In this document: piece by piece, positions 23,846-35,575 of the stretch | How the letters are laid out: every line of letters starts with the position of its first letter | Numbering within the stretch: position 1 is the first letter of the stretch | NCBI RefSeq assembly: GCF_003018115.1 | Contig: NZ_CP027457.1 | DNA length: 64,000 nucleotides | Source: Escherichia coli | GTDB lineage: Bacteria; Pseudomonadota; Gammaproteobacteria; Enterobacterales; Enterobacteriaceae | Direction: 5' to 3' (one strand) | The notes under the pieces: model-generated | Seen by the model: the letters and a program-made list of their open reading frames with translations, nothing else | Databases searched by the model: none | What the model was told of the DNA's origin: nothing | Translations under genes and position numbers: made by a program

Positions 23846-24093
23846 TAACATTTATCTTAGTTATGATTTAAGTGCATGAAAATAATTGAGTTATATCATC
23901 ATAGATTAAACGCTGTTATCTGCAATTAAGACTTTACTGAAAAGAAATGTAACAACTGTGAAAACCGAATAATAATATGAAAATATTACAAATCTTTGTC
24001 TGTTGTGGTTGGTGTAATCGGTTTCAGTTGTGATGATAATTTGCGGTGAAACGTGATCAGGAAGAATGATGTTATTGTGCAGGCGGTTTTTTT

Positions 24094-24119
24094 GCCGGAT
24101 GCGGCGTGAACGCCTATCC
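24094..24119. repeat. Single REP unit
   Basis: gccggatgcggcgtgaacgcctatcc. Confidence 0.6.
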
Positions 24120-24130
24120 ACCGCGGTGAG

Positions 24131-24164
24131 GTAAAAGAAAAAGGCCAGCGCGAGGCTGGCCTTT
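24131..24164 (-). terminator. metK intrinsic terminator
   Basis: On minus strand: hairpin ggccagc-N5-gctggcc then U-tract, 20 bp after metK stop. Confidence 0.75.
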
Positions 24165-24183
24165 GAAAGCAGGTGAAGAAAGA

Positions 24184-25338
24184 TTACTTCAGACCGGCAG
24201 CATCGCGCAGCAGCTGCGCTTTGTCGGTTTTTTCCCACGGGAAATGTTCACGACCAAAGTGACCGTATGCTGCGGTTTCTTTGTAGATCGGGTGCAGCAG
24301 ATCCAGCATCTGAATCAGACCGTATGGGCGCAGGTCGAAGAACTCACGTACCAGCAGAGTCAGTTGTTCAGAAGGCACTTTCTCAGTACCGAAAGTTTCT
24401 ACCATGATGGAGGTCGGTTCAGCCACGCCGATTGCGTAGGAAACCTGAATTTCACAACGATCGGCCAGGCCAGCAGCAACGATGTTTTTCGCGACATAAC
24501 GTGCTGCGTAGGCTGCGGAACGGTCCACTTTTGATGGATCTTTACCAGAGAATGCTCCGCCACCGTGACGTGCCATGCCGCCGTAGGTATCAACGATAAT
24601 TTTACGACCAGTCAGACCGCAGTCACCCATCGGGCCACCGATAACAAAACGACCGGTCGGGTTGATGAAGAATTTGGTGGCAGAAGTCAGCCATTCAGCG
24701 GGCAGAATCGGCTTGATGATCTCTTCCATTACCGCTTCTTGCAGCGATTTCTGGTCGATCTCTTCAGAGTGCTGAGTGGAAAGCACGACAGCATCGATAC
24801 CAACGATTTTGCCGTCGTCATACTGGAAAGTCACCTGGCTTTTCGCGTCCGGGCGCAGCCACGGCAGAGTGCCGTTTTTACGCACTTCAGCCTGACGCTG
24901 TACCAGACGGTGTGCATAGGTGATAGGTGCTGGCATCAGCACGTCGGTTTCATTAGTTGCGTAGCCAAACATCAGACCCTGGTCACCCGCGCCCTGTTCC
25001 AGCGGATCGGCACGGTCAACGCCCTGGTTGATGTCAGGAGACTGTTTGCCGATAGCGCTCAGAACCGCACAGGAGTTAGCGTCAAAGCCCATGTCGGAAT
25101 GCACATAGCCAATTTCGCGAACGGTGTTACGGGTGATCTCTTCGATGTCTACCCAGGCGCTGGTGGTGATTTCGCCGCCAACTAAAACCATGCCGGTTTT
25201 TACGTAGGTTTCGCAAGCAACGCGTGCTTTCGGATCCTGTTCGAGGATCGCGTCTAAAACGGCATCAGAGATTTGGTCAGCAATTTTGTCAGGATGCCCT
25301 TCAGAGACGGACTCGGACGTAAAAAGGTGTTTTGCCAT
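24184..25338 (-). CDS. metK: S-adenosylmethionine synthetase
   Basis: ORF 24184..25350; start set at [18 protein letters not shown] (384 aa). Confidence 0.98.
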
Positions 25339-25378
25339 ATTTAATATCACCTAAAGAGAATTTGGTTAGCTCAAACTG

Positions 25379-25645
25379 TTGTGTGGATTTTCTGTGGTAG
25401 CGGATCCTACCACGACTCTGCAGGTTAAAAACACTGGCAGTCTGAGTGTTAATCGGTATGGATGGATTAACATCTGGATGGCTATTTTAGGTCAATTCTT
25501 CACCCGATTTCCACTTTTTTTTGAATCGTGTCTCATTCTGTTAAAAACGTGGCTGGAAATTTTTCCTGACAATGCCGGCATTCTGCGTATTTATCTTTTG
25601 CAATTTTCTGCCATTGTGGGGTATAAAACGCGGCGCGCGGCTTAA
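25379..25645 (+). CDS. Small hypothetical ORF in the metK upstream region (possibly yqgD-like); coding status doubtful
   Basis: 88-aa ORF, no recognisable domain; K-12 annotates small ORFs yqgC/yqgD here. Confidence 0.25.
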
Positions 25646-25857
25646 ATAAAAAGCACACGGCGTTTCTTTCGTGTTGCCACTTCCAGCCGGGTTGAAATCA
25701 GAGTTTTGGCTTGTGGGTTCGTCTTAACAGGCGGCCGTGGAGGTGATACGAAATAATGAACCGTTGTCTGCTGCTTAACCTGTCTCACCGTTCTGGTGAA
25801 GATTCGTTCCCCGCACTCTGCATCTCTGCTTTGCATACCTGCCGATGTTATACCCAT
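25642..25857 (-). CDS. Small hypothetical ORF (yqgC-like, 71 aa); coding status doubtful
   Basis: 71-aa ORF, same length as K-12 yqgC; no domain evidence. Confidence 0.3.
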
Positions 25858-25992
25858 CTCGGCGCTTCTCAGGATTCAAGAGCTGGTTACAGTTACTGAG
25901 GACTGAACAAGGGCGCTCTTGTAAAAACAAGAGTTTTCTCGTGGTTTCGCCGAACTGTCACACTTACGTTCGGTTATGTGCTTAATAATGTT

Positions 25993-26124
25993 ATGAAAAA
26001 GAAACCGGTTGCGCAGTTGGAGCGTCAGCATTCACTGCTGGAAAATCCATGTGCTTATGGGTTGTTATCGCAGTTCCAGGCTGCGATAGTCGTTAACTGT
26101 TTTACACTTAATAAAATAATTTGA
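25993..26124 (+). CDS. yqgB: Small protein YqgB (43 aa) immediately upstream of speA
   Basis: Translated by hand: [43 protein letters not shown]; below ORF-track size cutoff; stop 8 nt before speA ATG. Confidence 0.8.
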   Translation: MKKKPVAQLERQHSLLENPCAYGLLSQFQAAIVVNCFTLNKII

Positions 26125-26132
26125 GGTTCGCT

Positions 26133-28109
26133 ATGTCTGACGACATGTCTATGGGTTTGCCTTCGTCAGCGGGCGAACACGGTGTACTACGCTCCATGCA
26201 GGAGGTTGCAATGAGCTCCCAGGAAGCCAGCAAGATGCTGCGTACTTACAATATTGCCTGGTGGGGCAATAACTACTATGACGTTAACGAGCTGGGCCAC
26301 ATCAGCGTGTGCCCGGACCCGGACGTCCCGGAAGCTCGCGTCGATCTCGCGCAGTTAGTGAAAACTCGTGAAGCACAGGGTCAGCGTCTGCCTGCACTGT
26401 TCTGTTTCCCACAGATCCTGCAGCACCGTTTGCGTTCCATTAACGCCGCGTTTAAACGTGCGCGGGAATCCTACGGCTATAACGGCGATTACTTCCTTGT
26501 TTATCCGATCAAAGTTAACCAGCACCGTCGCGTGATTGAGTCCCTGATTCATTCGGGCGAACCGCTGGGTCTGGAAGCCGGTTCCAAAGCCGAGTTGATG
26601 GCAGTGCTGGCACATGCTGGCATGACCCGTAGCGTCATCGTTTGCAACGGTTATAAAGACCGCGAATATATCCGCCTGGCATTAATTGGCGAGAAGATGG
26701 GGCACAAGGTCTATCTGGTCATTGAGAAGATGTCAGAAATCGCCATTGTGCTGGATGAAGCAGAACGTCTGAATGTCGTTCCTCGTCTGGGCGTGCGTGC
26801 ACGTCTGGCTTCGCAGGGCTCGGGTAAATGGCAGTCCTCCGGCGGGGAAAAATCGAAGTTCGGCCTGGCTGCGACTCAGGTACTGCAACTGGTTGAAACC
26901 CTGCGTGAAGCCGGGCGTCTCGACAGCCTGCAACTACTGCACTTCCACCTCGGTTCGCAGATGGCGAATATTCGCGATATCGCCACAGGCGTTCGTGAAT
27001 CGGCGCGTTTCTATGTGGAACTGCACAAGCTGGGCGTCAATATTCAGTGCTTCGACGTCGGCGGCGGTCTGGGCGTGGATTATGAAGGTACTCGTTCGCA
27101 GTCCGACTGTTCGGTAAACTACGGCCTCAATGAATATGCCAACAACATCATCTGGGCGATTGGTGATGCGTGTGAAGAAAACGGTCTGCCGCATCCGACG
27201 GTAATCACCGAATCGGGTCGTGCAGTGACTGCGCATCACACCGTGCTGGTGTCTAATATCATCGGCGTGGAACGTAACGAATACACGGTGCCGACCGCGC
27301 CTTCAGAAGATGCGCCGCGCGCGCTGCAAAGCATGTGGGAAACCTGGCAGGAGATGCACGAACCGGGAACTCGCCGTTCTCTGCGTGAATGGTTACACGA
27401 CAGTCAGATGGATCTGCACGACATTCATATCGGCTACTCTTCCGGCACCTTTAGCCTGCAAGAACGTGCATGGGCTGAGCAGCTTTATTTGAGCATGTGC
27501 CATGAAGTGCAAAAGCAGCTGGATCCGCAAAACCGTGCTCATCGTCCGATTATCGACGAGCTGCAGGAACGTATGGCGGACAAAATGTACGTCAACTTCT
27601 CGCTGTTCCAGTCGATGCCGGATGCGTGGGGGATCGACCAGTTGTTCCCGGTTCTGCCGCTGGAAGGGCTGGATCAAGTGCCGGAACGCCGCGCTGTGCT
27701 GCTGGATATTACCTGTGACTCTGACGGTGCTATCGACCACTATATCGATGGTGATGGTATTGCCACGACAATGCCTATGCCGGAGTACGATCCAGAGAAT
27801 CCGCCGATGCTCGGTTTCTTTATGGTCGGCGCATATCAGGAGATCCTCGGCAACATGCACAACCTGTTCGGTGATACCGAAGCGGTTGACGTGTTCGTCT
27901 TCCCTGACGGTAGTGTAGAAGTGGAACTGTCTGACGAAGGCGATACCGTGGCGGACATGCTGCAATATGTACAGCTCGATCCGAAAACGCTGTTAACTCA
28001 GTTCCGTGATCAAGTGAAGAAAACCGATCTTGATGCTGAACTGCAACAACAGTTCCTTGAAGAGTTCGAGGCAGGTTTGTACGGTTATACCTATCTTGAA
28101 GATGAATAA
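26133..28109 (+). CDS. speA: Biosynthetic arginine decarboxylase
   Basis: ORF 26121..28109; start set at [12 protein letters not shown] (658 aa); PLP-dependent decarboxylase. Confidence 0.96.
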   Translation: MSDDMSMGLPSSAGEHGVLRSMQEVAMSSQEASKMLRTYNIAWWGNNYYDVNELGHISVCPDPDVPEARVDLAQLVKTREAQGQRLPALFCFPQILQHRLRSINAAFKRARESYGYNGDYFLVYPIKVNQHRRVIESLIHSGEPLGLEAGSKAELMAVLAHAGMTRSVIVCNGYKDREYIRLALIGEKMGHKVYLVIEKMSEIAIVLDEAERLNVVPRLGVRARLASQGSGKWQSSGGEKSKFGLAATQVLQLVETLREAGRLDSLQLLHFHLGSQMANIRDIATGVRESARFYVELHKLGVNIQCFDVGGGLGVDYEGTRSQSDCSVNYGLNEYANNIIWAIGDACEENGLPHPTVITESGRAVTAHHTVLVSNIIGVERNEYTVPTAPSEDAPRALQSMWETWQEMHEPGTRRSLREWLHDSQMDLHDIHIGYSSGTFSLQERAWAEQLYLSMCHEVQKQLDPQNRAHRPIIDELQERMADKMYVNFSLFQSMPDAWGIDQLFPVLPLEGLDQVPERRAVLLDITCDSDGAIDHYIDGDGIATTMPMPEYDPENPPMLGFFMVGAYQEILGNMHNLFGDTEAVDVFVFPDGSVEVELSDEGDTVADMLQYVQLDPKTLLTQFRDQVKKTDLDAELQQQFLEEFEAGLYGYTYLEDE

Positions 28110-28123
28110 TTAAGATTATTCTG

Positions 28124-28165
28124 CTGGCGGGTCGATTTATTTACGTAAATCGGTCCGCTTTCTTT
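28124..28165 (+). terminator. Candidate speA terminator
   Basis: Imperfect hairpin gcgggtcgattta-N6-taaatcggtccgc followed by tttcttttt. Confidence 0.5.
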
Positions 28166-28254
28166 TTATATATTCTTAAAAATAATTTAGCTGCTTTTCT
28201 TATTAAATAATCTCCCTACAATCGCTGCATTAATTAAATGCAGAGGGAACGGTT

Positions 28255-28986
28255 ATGAAAAAATGGAAAGTACGTAGCGCGTTGGTGGCATTAATCGTGC
28301 TGCTGGCCGGTTGTTCCAGTAATGCGCAGTATAATAGCAGTGCATCGGGCAATGTCGGCACCGCCTGGGGTGGGGATGTGCACTCAACGGTTCAGGGCGT
28401 ATCTGCTGAGCGAGCCTGGCGCGATCCGGCAGAGATGATCGTTATTAGTTATTCGACTAATGTTCCTTCCGGCTACGACCGCGTTTATAGCATTCGTATT
28501 AACGAACTGGAATATGCTATTCGCGATGGTAATTTTAATTCTCTACCTATTACGCGGGTTTATGATTCATCCAATAATGAACCACGCTATATTATCCATG
28601 CCAGAGTAGGAATGAATTATCAATTATATGTCCGCAATTACAGTCGTAACACCAACTACGAGATCGTTGCTACGGTTGATGGCCTGGATGTGCTGAACGG
28701 CAAGCAAGGTTCGCTGAATAACAACGGCTATATTGTGAATGCCGGAGATTCGTTAGCGATTAAAGGATTCCGCAAAGATAAACATACCGAAGCGGCTTTT
28801 CAGTTCGCCAACGTTGTTGATTCCTACGCAGCCAATTCGGCGCAAGGCGATATGCGTAATACCGGGGTAATCGGCTTTGCCGCCTTTGAATTACAAGGCC
28901 CGGCGCAAAACGCGCTGCCACCGTGCTCTGGACAAGCTTTTCCAGCAGATAACAATGGCTATGCGCCGCCACCGTGTCGGAAATAG
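28255..28986 (+). CDS. Orphan lipoprotein of unknown function
   Basis: 243-aa ORF with signal peptide and lipobox (LLAGC), Asn/Tyr/Ser-rich, two C-terminal Cys; own AT-rich upstream region and downstream terminator; no family recognised; not present between speA and speB in K-12 as I recall. Confidence 0.7.
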   Translation: MKKWKVRSALVALIVLLAGCSSNAQYNSSASGNVGTAWGGDVHSTVQGVSAERAWRDPAEMIVISYSTNVPSGYDRVYSIRINELEYAIRDGNFNSLPITRVYDSSNNEPRYIIHARVGMNYQLYVRNYSRNTNYEIVATVDGLDVLNGKQGSLNNNGYIVNAGDSLAIKGFRKDKHTEAAFQFANVVDSYAANSAQGDMRNTGVIGFAAFELQGPAQNALPPCSGQAFPADNNGYAPPPCRK

Positions 28987-29052
28987 CAACCTCGCTTGAT
29001 GCCTCGCCCATTTAAGGCGATAATTAGCACAAACTTGTGTTTCGCAAATCCA

Positions 29053-29095
29053 ACCCTTCCTCGTCGGGCCTAACGACGCGGAAGGGTTTTTTTAT
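29053..29095 (+). terminator. Intrinsic terminator after the lipoprotein gene
   Basis: Hairpin cccttcc...ggaaggg followed by T7. Confidence 0.65.
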
Positions 29096-29121
29096 ATCGA
29101 CTTTGTAATAGGAGTCCATCC

Positions 29122-30042
29122 ATGAGCACCTTAGGTCATCAATACGATAACTCACTGGTTTCCAACGCCTTTGGTTTTTTACGCCTGCCGATGAACTTCC
29201 AGCCGTATGACAGCGATGCCGACTGGGTGATTACTGGTGTGCCGTTCGATATGGCCACTTCTGGTCGTGCGGGGGGACGCCACGGCCCGGCAGCTATCCG
29301 TCAGGTTTCGACTAACCTGGCCTGGGAACACAACCGCTTCCCGTGGAATTTCGACATGCGCGAGCGTCTGAACGTGGTGGACTGCGGCGATCTGGTATAT
29401 GCCTTCGGCGATGCCCGTGAGATGAGCGAAAAACTGCAGGCACACGCCGAGAAGCTGCTGGCTGCCGGTAAGCGTATGCTCTCCTTCGGTGGTGACCACT
29501 TTGTTACGCTGCCGCTGCTGCGTGCTCATGCGAAGCATTTCGGCAAAATGGCGCTGGTACACTTTGACGCCCACACCGATACCTACGCGAACGGTTGTGA
29601 ATTTGACCACGGCACCATGTTCTATACCGCGCCGAAAGAAGGTCTGATCGACCCGAATCATTCCGTGCAGATTGGTATTCGTACCGAATTTGATAAAGAC
29701 AACGGCTTTACCGTGCTGGACGCCTGCCAGGTGAACGATCGCAGCGTGGATGACGTTATCGCCCAGGTGAAACAGATTGTGGGTGATATGCCGGTTTACC
29801 TGACCTTTGATATTGACTGCCTGGATCCTGCTTTTGCACCAGGCACCGGTACCCCGGTAATTGGCGGCCTGACCTCCGATCGCGCTATTAAACTGGTACG
29901 CGGCCTGAAAGATCTCAACATCGTTGGGATGGACGTAGTGGAAGTGGCTCCGGCATACGATCAGTCGGAAATCACTGCTCTGGCAGCGGCAACGCTGGCG
30001 CTGGAAATGCTGTATATTCAGGCGGCGAAAAAGGGCGAGTAA
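29122..30042 (+). CDS. speB: Agmatinase
   Basis: 306 aa, arginase-family Mn-binding motifs (DAHTD, DIDCLDP). Confidence 0.96.
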   Translation: MSTLGHQYDNSLVSNAFGFLRLPMNFQPYDSDADWVITGVPFDMATSGRAGGRHGPAAIRQVSTNLAWEHNRFPWNFDMRERLNVVDCGDLVYAFGDAREMSEKLQAHAEKLLAAGKRMLSFGGDHFVTLPLLRAHAKHFGKMALVHFDAHTDTYANGCEFDHGTMFYTAPKEGLIDPNHSVQIGIRTEFDKDNGFTVLDACQVNDRSVDDVIAQVKQIVGDMPVYLTFDIDCLDPAFAPGTGTPVIGGLTSDRAIKLVRGLKDLNIVGMDVVEVAPAYDQSEITALAAATLALEMLYIQAAKKGE

Positions 30043-30071
30043 GCACCAGATGCGATGCGCACGGGTAAAAC

Positions 30072-30350
<279 letters not shown>

Positions 30351-30360
30351 CCACCATGCC

Positions 30361-31119
30361 TTACTTAATCCCGTCCGCGCTCATACGATCGCGAATATGC
30401 TGGGCGCGTTCGGCGGATGCAGGATGGTCGTCAAACATTGAGCTTTGGCGACCTTCTTCCAGTTTTGCCAGTTTTTCAAAGCTGGTGGCAAGACCTGCCG
30501 GACTGATGCCGTGTTGGCGCAGTAAATCGTAGGAGTAATCATCCGCCTCTGCTTCCTGGCGCTGGGAGAATTGCGAATTGACTAATTTCTCGCCCAGATC
30601 ACCGAGTTGTGATTGAGATAAACTGCCGACGATACCGCCCGCAGAGGCCGCCGCGACTCGCACGGCATTTGTACCAAGTGCCACCTGCATCCCTTTCTTC
30701 ACATGGCCTAACGCCACGTGCCCCATTTCGTGACCGATCACCGCTTCGACTTCGTTATCCGTCATCATATCCATCAGCCCGCTATAGACGCGGATACAGC
30801 CGTTAGCCATTGCAAAGGCGTTCACATCCTTCGCCATATACACTTTGTAATTTACCGGCTGACCGTTGATATTGTTGCCTAGCGCATTGGCAATAGTTGT
30901 CAGACGTTTAGCGTATTCGCTATTGGCTGGCGCAATCGTCGCCTTGCTGTCCATCTCCTGACATGCCTGATCGCTCAGGGTTTTCACCTGCGCATCACTC
31001 AAACTGTAAGCCTGAAAAGCTTCCGCTCCTGATGAGAGCAGTCCGTTGGAGTCCATATTCTGGCAACCAGTCAGTACCGTTGCCACGCTCATTGCTACCA
31101 ATAAGGCGCGAATTTTCAT
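30361..31119 (-). CDS. loiP: Outer-membrane M48 metalloprotease lipoprotein LoiP (YggG)
   Basis: ORF 30361..31338; start set at MKIRALLVAMSVATVLTGC (252 aa); HEMGH zinc motif. Confidence 0.92.
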   Translation of the reverse strand: MKIRALLVAMSVATVLTGCQNMDSNGLLSSGAEAFQAYSLSDAQVKTLSDQACQEMDSKATIAPANSEYAKRLTTIANALGNNINGQPVNYKVYMAKDVNAFAMANGCIRVYSGLMDMMTDNEVEAVIGHEMGHVALGHVKKGMQVALGTNAVRVAAASAGGIVGSLSQSQLGDLGEKLVNSQFSQRQEAEADDYSYDLLRQHGISPAGLATSFEKLAKLEEGRQSSMFDDHPASAERAQHIRDRMSADGIK

Positions 31120-31396
31120 GTTTTTTCTTCCGCACAAGGTCAGGATTATTCTAAAAATGCGCCGTTTGCAGGTGAACCGACGCTCAGTCTCAGTATAAGG
31201 AAAAGCGCAGCGGACGGGCGAGTAGATTGCGCAACATGCGAGCATGATCCAGAGATTTCTGAAGCGGCAAAAGGATGTTCCATGTACATGACGCGCGGCT
31301 TGCGGTAAATTGTTGGCAAATTTTCCGGCGTAGCCCAAAACGCGCTGTCGTCAAGTCGTTAAGGGCGTGCCCTTCATCATCCGATCTGGAGTCAAA

Positions 31397-33388
31397 ATGT
31401 CCTCACGTAAAGAGCTTGCCAATGCTATTCGTGCGCTGAGCATGGACGCAGTACAGAAAGCCAAATCCGGTCACCCGGGTGCCCCTATGGGTATGGCTGA
31501 CATTGCCGAAGTCCTGTGGCGTGATTTCCTGAAACACAACCCGCAGAATCCGTCCTGGGCTGACCGTGACCGCTTCGTGCTGTCCAACGGCCACGGCTCC
31601 ATGCTGATCTACAGCCTGCTGCACCTCACCGGTTACGATCTGCCGATGGAAGAACTGAAAAACTTCCGTCAGCTGCACTCTAAAACTCCGGGCCACCCGG
31701 AAGTGGGTTACACCGCTGGTGTGGAAACCACCACCGGTCCGCTGGGGCAGGGTATTGCCAACGCAGTCGGTATGGCGATTGCAGAAAAAACGCTGGCGGC
31801 GCAGTTTAACCGTCCGGGCCACGACATTGTCGACCACTACACCTACGCCTTCATGGGCGACGGCTGCATGATGGAAGGCATCTCCCACGAAGTTTGCTCT
31901 CTGGCGGGTACGCTGAAGCTGGGTAAACTGATTGCATTCTACGATGACAACGGTATTTCTATCGATGGTCACGTTGAAGGCTGGTTCACCGACGACACCG
32001 CAATGCGTTTCGAAGCTTACGGCTGGCACGTTATTCGCGACATCGACGGCCATGACGCAGCATCCATCAAACGCGCAGTTGAAGAAGCGCGCGCAGTGAC
32101 TGACAAACCGTCCCTGCTGATGTGCAAAACCATCATCGGTTTCGGTTCCCCGAACAAAGCCGGTACCCACGACTCCCACGGTGCGCCGCTGGGCGACGCT
32201 GAAATTGCCCTGACCCGCGAACAGCTGGGCTGGAAATACGCGCCGTTCGAAATCCCGTCTGAAATCTATGCGCAGTGGGATGCGAAAGAAGCAGGTCAGG
32301 CGAAAGAATCTGCATGGAACGAGAAGTTTGCTGCTTACGCCAAAGCTTATCCGCAGGAAGCTGCTGAATTCACCCGTCGTATGAAAGGCGAAATGCCGTC
32401 TGACTTCGACGCGAAAGCGAAAGAGTTCATTGCTAAACTGCAGGCTAATCCGGCGAAAATCGCCAGCCGTAAAGCGTCTCAGAATGCTATTGAAGCGTTC
32501 GGCCCGTTGTTGCCGGAATTCCTCGGCGGCTCTGCTGACCTGGCACCGTCTAACCTGACCCTGTGGTCTGGTTCTAAAGCAATCAACGAAGATGCTGCGG
32601 GTAACTACATCCACTACGGTGTTCGCGAGTTCGGTATGACCGCGATTGCTAACGGTATCTCCCTGCACGGTGGTTTCCTGCCGTACACCTCCACCTTCCT
32701 GATGTTCGTGGAATACGCACGTAACGCCGTACGTATGGCTGCGCTGATGAAACAGCGTCAGGTGATGGTTTACACCCACGACTCCATCGGTCTGGGCGAA
32801 GACGGCCCGACTCACCAGCCGGTTGAGCAGGTCGCTTCTCTGCGCGTGACCCCGAACATGTCTACATGGCGTCCGTGTGACCAGGTTGAATCCGCGGTCG
32901 CGTGGAAATACGGTGTTGAGCGTCAGGACGGTCCGACCGCGCTGATCCTCTCCCGTCAGAACCTGGCGCAGCAGGAGCGTACTGAAGAGCAACTGGCAAA
33001 CATCGCGCGCGGTGGTTATGTGCTGAAAGACTGTGCTGGTCAGCCGGAACTGATCTTCATCGCCACCGGTTCTGAAGTTGAACTGGCGGTTGCTGCCTAC
33101 GAAAAACTGACTGCCGAAGGCGTGAAAGCGCGCGTGGTTTCCATGCCGTCTACCGACGCATTCGACAAGCAGGACGCGGCTTACCGTGAGTCTGTCCTGC
33201 CGAAAGCGGTTACTGCACGCGTTGCGGTGGAAGCGGGTATTGCTGACTACTGGTACAAGTATGTTGGCCTGAACGGTGCTATCGTCGGTATGACCACCTT
33301 CGGTGAATCTGCTCCGGCAGAGCAACTCTTTGAAGAGTTCGGCTTCACCGTTGACAACGTTGTTGCGAAAGCAAAAGAACTGCTGTAA
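31397..33388 (+). CDS. tktA: Transketolase 1
   Basis: ORF 31367..33388; start set at [12 protein letters not shown] (663 aa); TPP-binding motifs. Confidence 0.98.
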   Translation: MSSRKELANAIRALSMDAVQKAKSGHPGAPMGMADIAEVLWRDFLKHNPQNPSWADRDRFVLSNGHGSMLIYSLLHLTGYDLPMEELKNFRQLHSKTPGHPEVGYTAGVETTTGPLGQGIANAVGMAIAEKTLAAQFNRPGHDIVDHYTYAFMGDGCMMEGISHEVCSLAGTLKLGKLIAFYDDNGISIDGHVEGWFTDDTAMRFEAYGWHVIRDIDGHDAASIKRAVEEARAVTDKPSLLMCKTIIGFGSPNKAGTHDSHGAPLGDAEIALTREQLGWKYAPFEIPSEIYAQWDAKEAGQAKESAWNEKFAAYAKAYPQEAAEFTRRMKGEMPSDFDAKAKEFIAKLQANPAKIASRKASQNAIEAFGPLLPEFLGGSADLAPSNLTLWSGSKAINEDAAGNYIHYGVREFGMTAIANGISLHGGFLPYTSTFLMFVEYARNAVRMAALMKQRQVMVYTHDSIGLGEDGPTHQPVEQVASLRVTPNMSTWRPCDQVESAVAWKYGVERQDGPTALILSRQNLAQQERTEEQLANIARGGYVLKDCAGQPELIFIATGSEVELAVAAYEKLTAEGVKARVVSMPSTDAFDKQDAAYRESVLPKAVTARVAVEAGIADYWYKYVGLNGAIVGMTTFGESAPAEQLFEEFGFTVDNVVAKAKELL

Positions 33389-33401
33389 TTAGCATTTTGG
33401 G

Positions 33402-33430
33402 TAAAAAGGTCGCTTCGGCGACCTTTTTTA
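33402..33430 (+). terminator. tktA intrinsic terminator
   Basis: ggtcgc-ttcg-gcgacc hairpin followed by tttttt. Confidence 0.8.
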
Positions 33431-33701
33431 TTACCTTGACATGTCCGTTTTCGGACGAGCAATAGATAAAGCGTGTTGTAGATCACAAATATTTATATGC
33501 AATAAATATCAATTATGTAATATGCATCACGATATGCGTGTTGACATTTGTTGTTATATCTATAACTCAATGTTATATAAGAAATTAATAATTCACTGTT
33601 TTCAAAACACCGGTTTCCCTGCTCAATTGCTTTCATTAAACCGCACGAGTATTTTATTTTTACCGCCGGACGGTACCCTAAAAATAAAATAAGGATAATT
33701 T

Positions 33702-34145
33702 ATGCGGCTTAGTGATTATTTTCCAGAATCATCAATCTCAGTTATACATTCAGCAAAAGATTGGCAGGAAGCTATCGATTTCTCGATGGTATCATTGCTG
33801 GATAAAAACTATATCAGCGAGAATTACATTCAGGCAATTAAAGATTCCACCATTAACAATGGCCCTTATTATATTCTCGCACCAGGCGTGGCAATGCCTC
33901 ATGCGCGACCGGAATGTGGGGCGCTTAAAACCGGGATGTCTTTGACATTACTTGAACAAGGTGTTTATTTTCCGGGGAATGACGAACCAATTAAATTACT
34001 CATCGGACTCTCTGCTGCCGATGCCGATTCGCACATTGGCGCTATTCAGGCGTTAAGTGAATTACTGTGCGAAGAAGAAATACTCGAACAACTCTTAACA
34101 GCATCATCAGAAAAACAATTAGCGGACATTATCAGCCGCGGATAA
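33702..34145 (+). CDS. cmtB: Mannitol-family PTS EIIA (cryptic)
   Basis: 147 aa, PTS EIIA-2 domain with His motif (GVAMPHAR). Confidence 0.9.
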   Translation: MRLSDYFPESSISVIHSAKDWQEAIDFSMVSLLDKNYISENYIQAIKDSTINNGPYYILAPGVAMPHARPECGALKTGMSLTLLEQGVYFPGNDEPIKLLIGLSAADADSHIGAIQALSELLCEEEILEQLLTASSEKQLADIISRG

Positions 34146-34172
34146 TTACTCTCTCCTCTACAGGATAATATT

Positions 34173-35561
34173 ATGGAAAACAAGTCTGCTCGTGCAAAGG
34201 TCCAGGCTTTTGGGGGCTTTTTGACTGCAATGGTCATCCCCAATATTGGTGCTTTTATTGCCTGGGGTTTTATTACTGCGTTATTTATTCCCACCGGTTG
34301 GCTGCCTAACGAACATTTCGCCAAAATTGTCGGCCCGATGATTACCTATTTATTGCCCGTGATGATTGGTTCTACCGGTGGTCATCTGGTCGGCGGTAAA
34401 CGCGGCACGGTCATGGGCGGAATAGGTACTATTGGTGTGATCGTCGGCGCAGAGATCCCGATGTTCCTTGGCTCAATGATTATGGGGCCGCTCGGTGGGC
34501 TGGTCATAAAATATGTCGATAAGGCACTGGAAAAACGCATACCTGCTGGTTTTGAGATGGTTATCAATAACTTCTCATTAGGTATCGCGGGGATGCTCCT
34601 TTGCCTGCTGGGTTTTGAAGTGATCGGCCCGGCGGTGTTAATTGCCAATACTTTCGTCAAAGAGTGTATTGAGGCGCTGGTACATGCGGGTTATCTGCCT
34701 CTGCTGTCAGTCATCAATGAACCGGCGAAAGTGCTTTTCCTTAATAATGCGATCGATCAGGGCGTCTATTATCCGCTGGGAATGCAACAGGCTTCGGTTA
34801 ACGGTAAATCCATCTTCTTTATGGTGGCCTCTAACCCAGGTCCGGGCCTGGGGCTGCTGCTGGCGTTTACCTTGTTTGGTAAAGGGATGAGTAAACGTTC
34901 TGCGCCCGGGGCGATGATTATTCACTTCCTCGGTGGGATCCACGAACTGTATTTCCCATATGTGCTGATGAAGCCGCTGACTATTATTGCCATGATTGTG
35001 GGCGGTATGTCTGGCACCTGGATGTTTAACTTACTGGACGGTGGTCTGGTGGCTGGCCCAAGTCCGGGGTCTATCTTTGCTTACCTGGCGCTGACGCCGA
35101 AAGGTTCGTTCCTGGCGACAATTGCCGGTGTTACGGTAGGTACCCTGGTGTCCTTTGCTATCACTTCGCTGATACTGAAGATGGAAAAAACGGTGGAAAC
35201 GGAGAGCGAAGATGAGTTTGCTCAGTCAGCCAATGTGGTTAAGGCGATGAAACAAGAGGGTGCATTCTCGTTAAGCAGGGTTAAGCGTATCGCCTTTGTT
35301 TGCGATGCGGGGATGGGCTCCAGTGCGATGGGCGCGACCACCTTCCGTAAACGCCTGGAAAAAGCGGGGCTGGCAATTGAAGTAAAACATTACGCCATAG
35401 AAAACGTGCCTGCGGATGCGGATATCGTCGTTACTCATGCCAGTCTGGAAGGGCGCGTGAAACGTGTGACGGATAAACCACTGATATTGATTAATAACTA
35501 TATTGGCGATCCAAAACTCGACACTTTATTTAATCAATTAACCGCCGAACATAAACACTGA
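34173..35561 (+). CDS. cmtA: Mannitol-family PTS EIICB (cryptic)
   Basis: 462 aa, polytopic EIIC followed by EIIB (CDAGMGSS). Confidence 0.92.
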   Translation: MENKSARAKVQAFGGFLTAMVIPNIGAFIAWGFITALFIPTGWLPNEHFAKIVGPMITYLLPVMIGSTGGHLVGGKRGTVMGGIGTIGVIVGAEIPMFLGSMIMGPLGGLVIKYVDKALEKRIPAGFEMVINNFSLGIAGMLLCLLGFEVIGPAVLIANTFVKECIEALVHAGYLPLLSVINEPAKVLFLNNAIDQGVYYPLGMQQASVNGKSIFFMVASNPGPGLGLLLAFTLFGKGMSKRSAPGAMIIHFLGGIHELYFPYVLMKPLTIIAMIVGGMSGTWMFNLLDGGLVAGPSPGSIFAYLALTPKGSFLATIAGVTVGTLVSFAITSLILKMEKTVETESEDEFAQSANVVKAMKQEGAFSLSRVKRIAFVCDAGMGSSAMGATTFRKRLEKAGLAIEVKHYAIENVPADADIVVTHASLEGRVKRVTDKPLILINNYIGDPKLDTLFNQLTAEHKH

Positions 35562-35575
35562 TTACAGAGGTAAAA

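Noticed and set aside
23906-24238. 110-aa minus-strand ORF in the galP-metK intergenic region
   Set aside because: AT-rich promoter/terminator region; overlaps the metK terminator and the galP operator-like sites; no RBS.
30361-31338. Long N-terminal extensions in ORF-track calls (loiP 325 aa, fau 248 aa, pepP 512 aa, epd 367 aa, ruvX 180 aa and others)
   Set aside because: Longest-ORF artefacts; true starts were placed at internal ATG/GTG codons that match known protein N-termini and have plausible RBS.
31403-33325. 640-aa minus-strand ORF
   Set aside because: Lies entirely antisense within tktA; typical long antisense ORF in a GC-rich, highly expressed gene, with no recognisable protein features.
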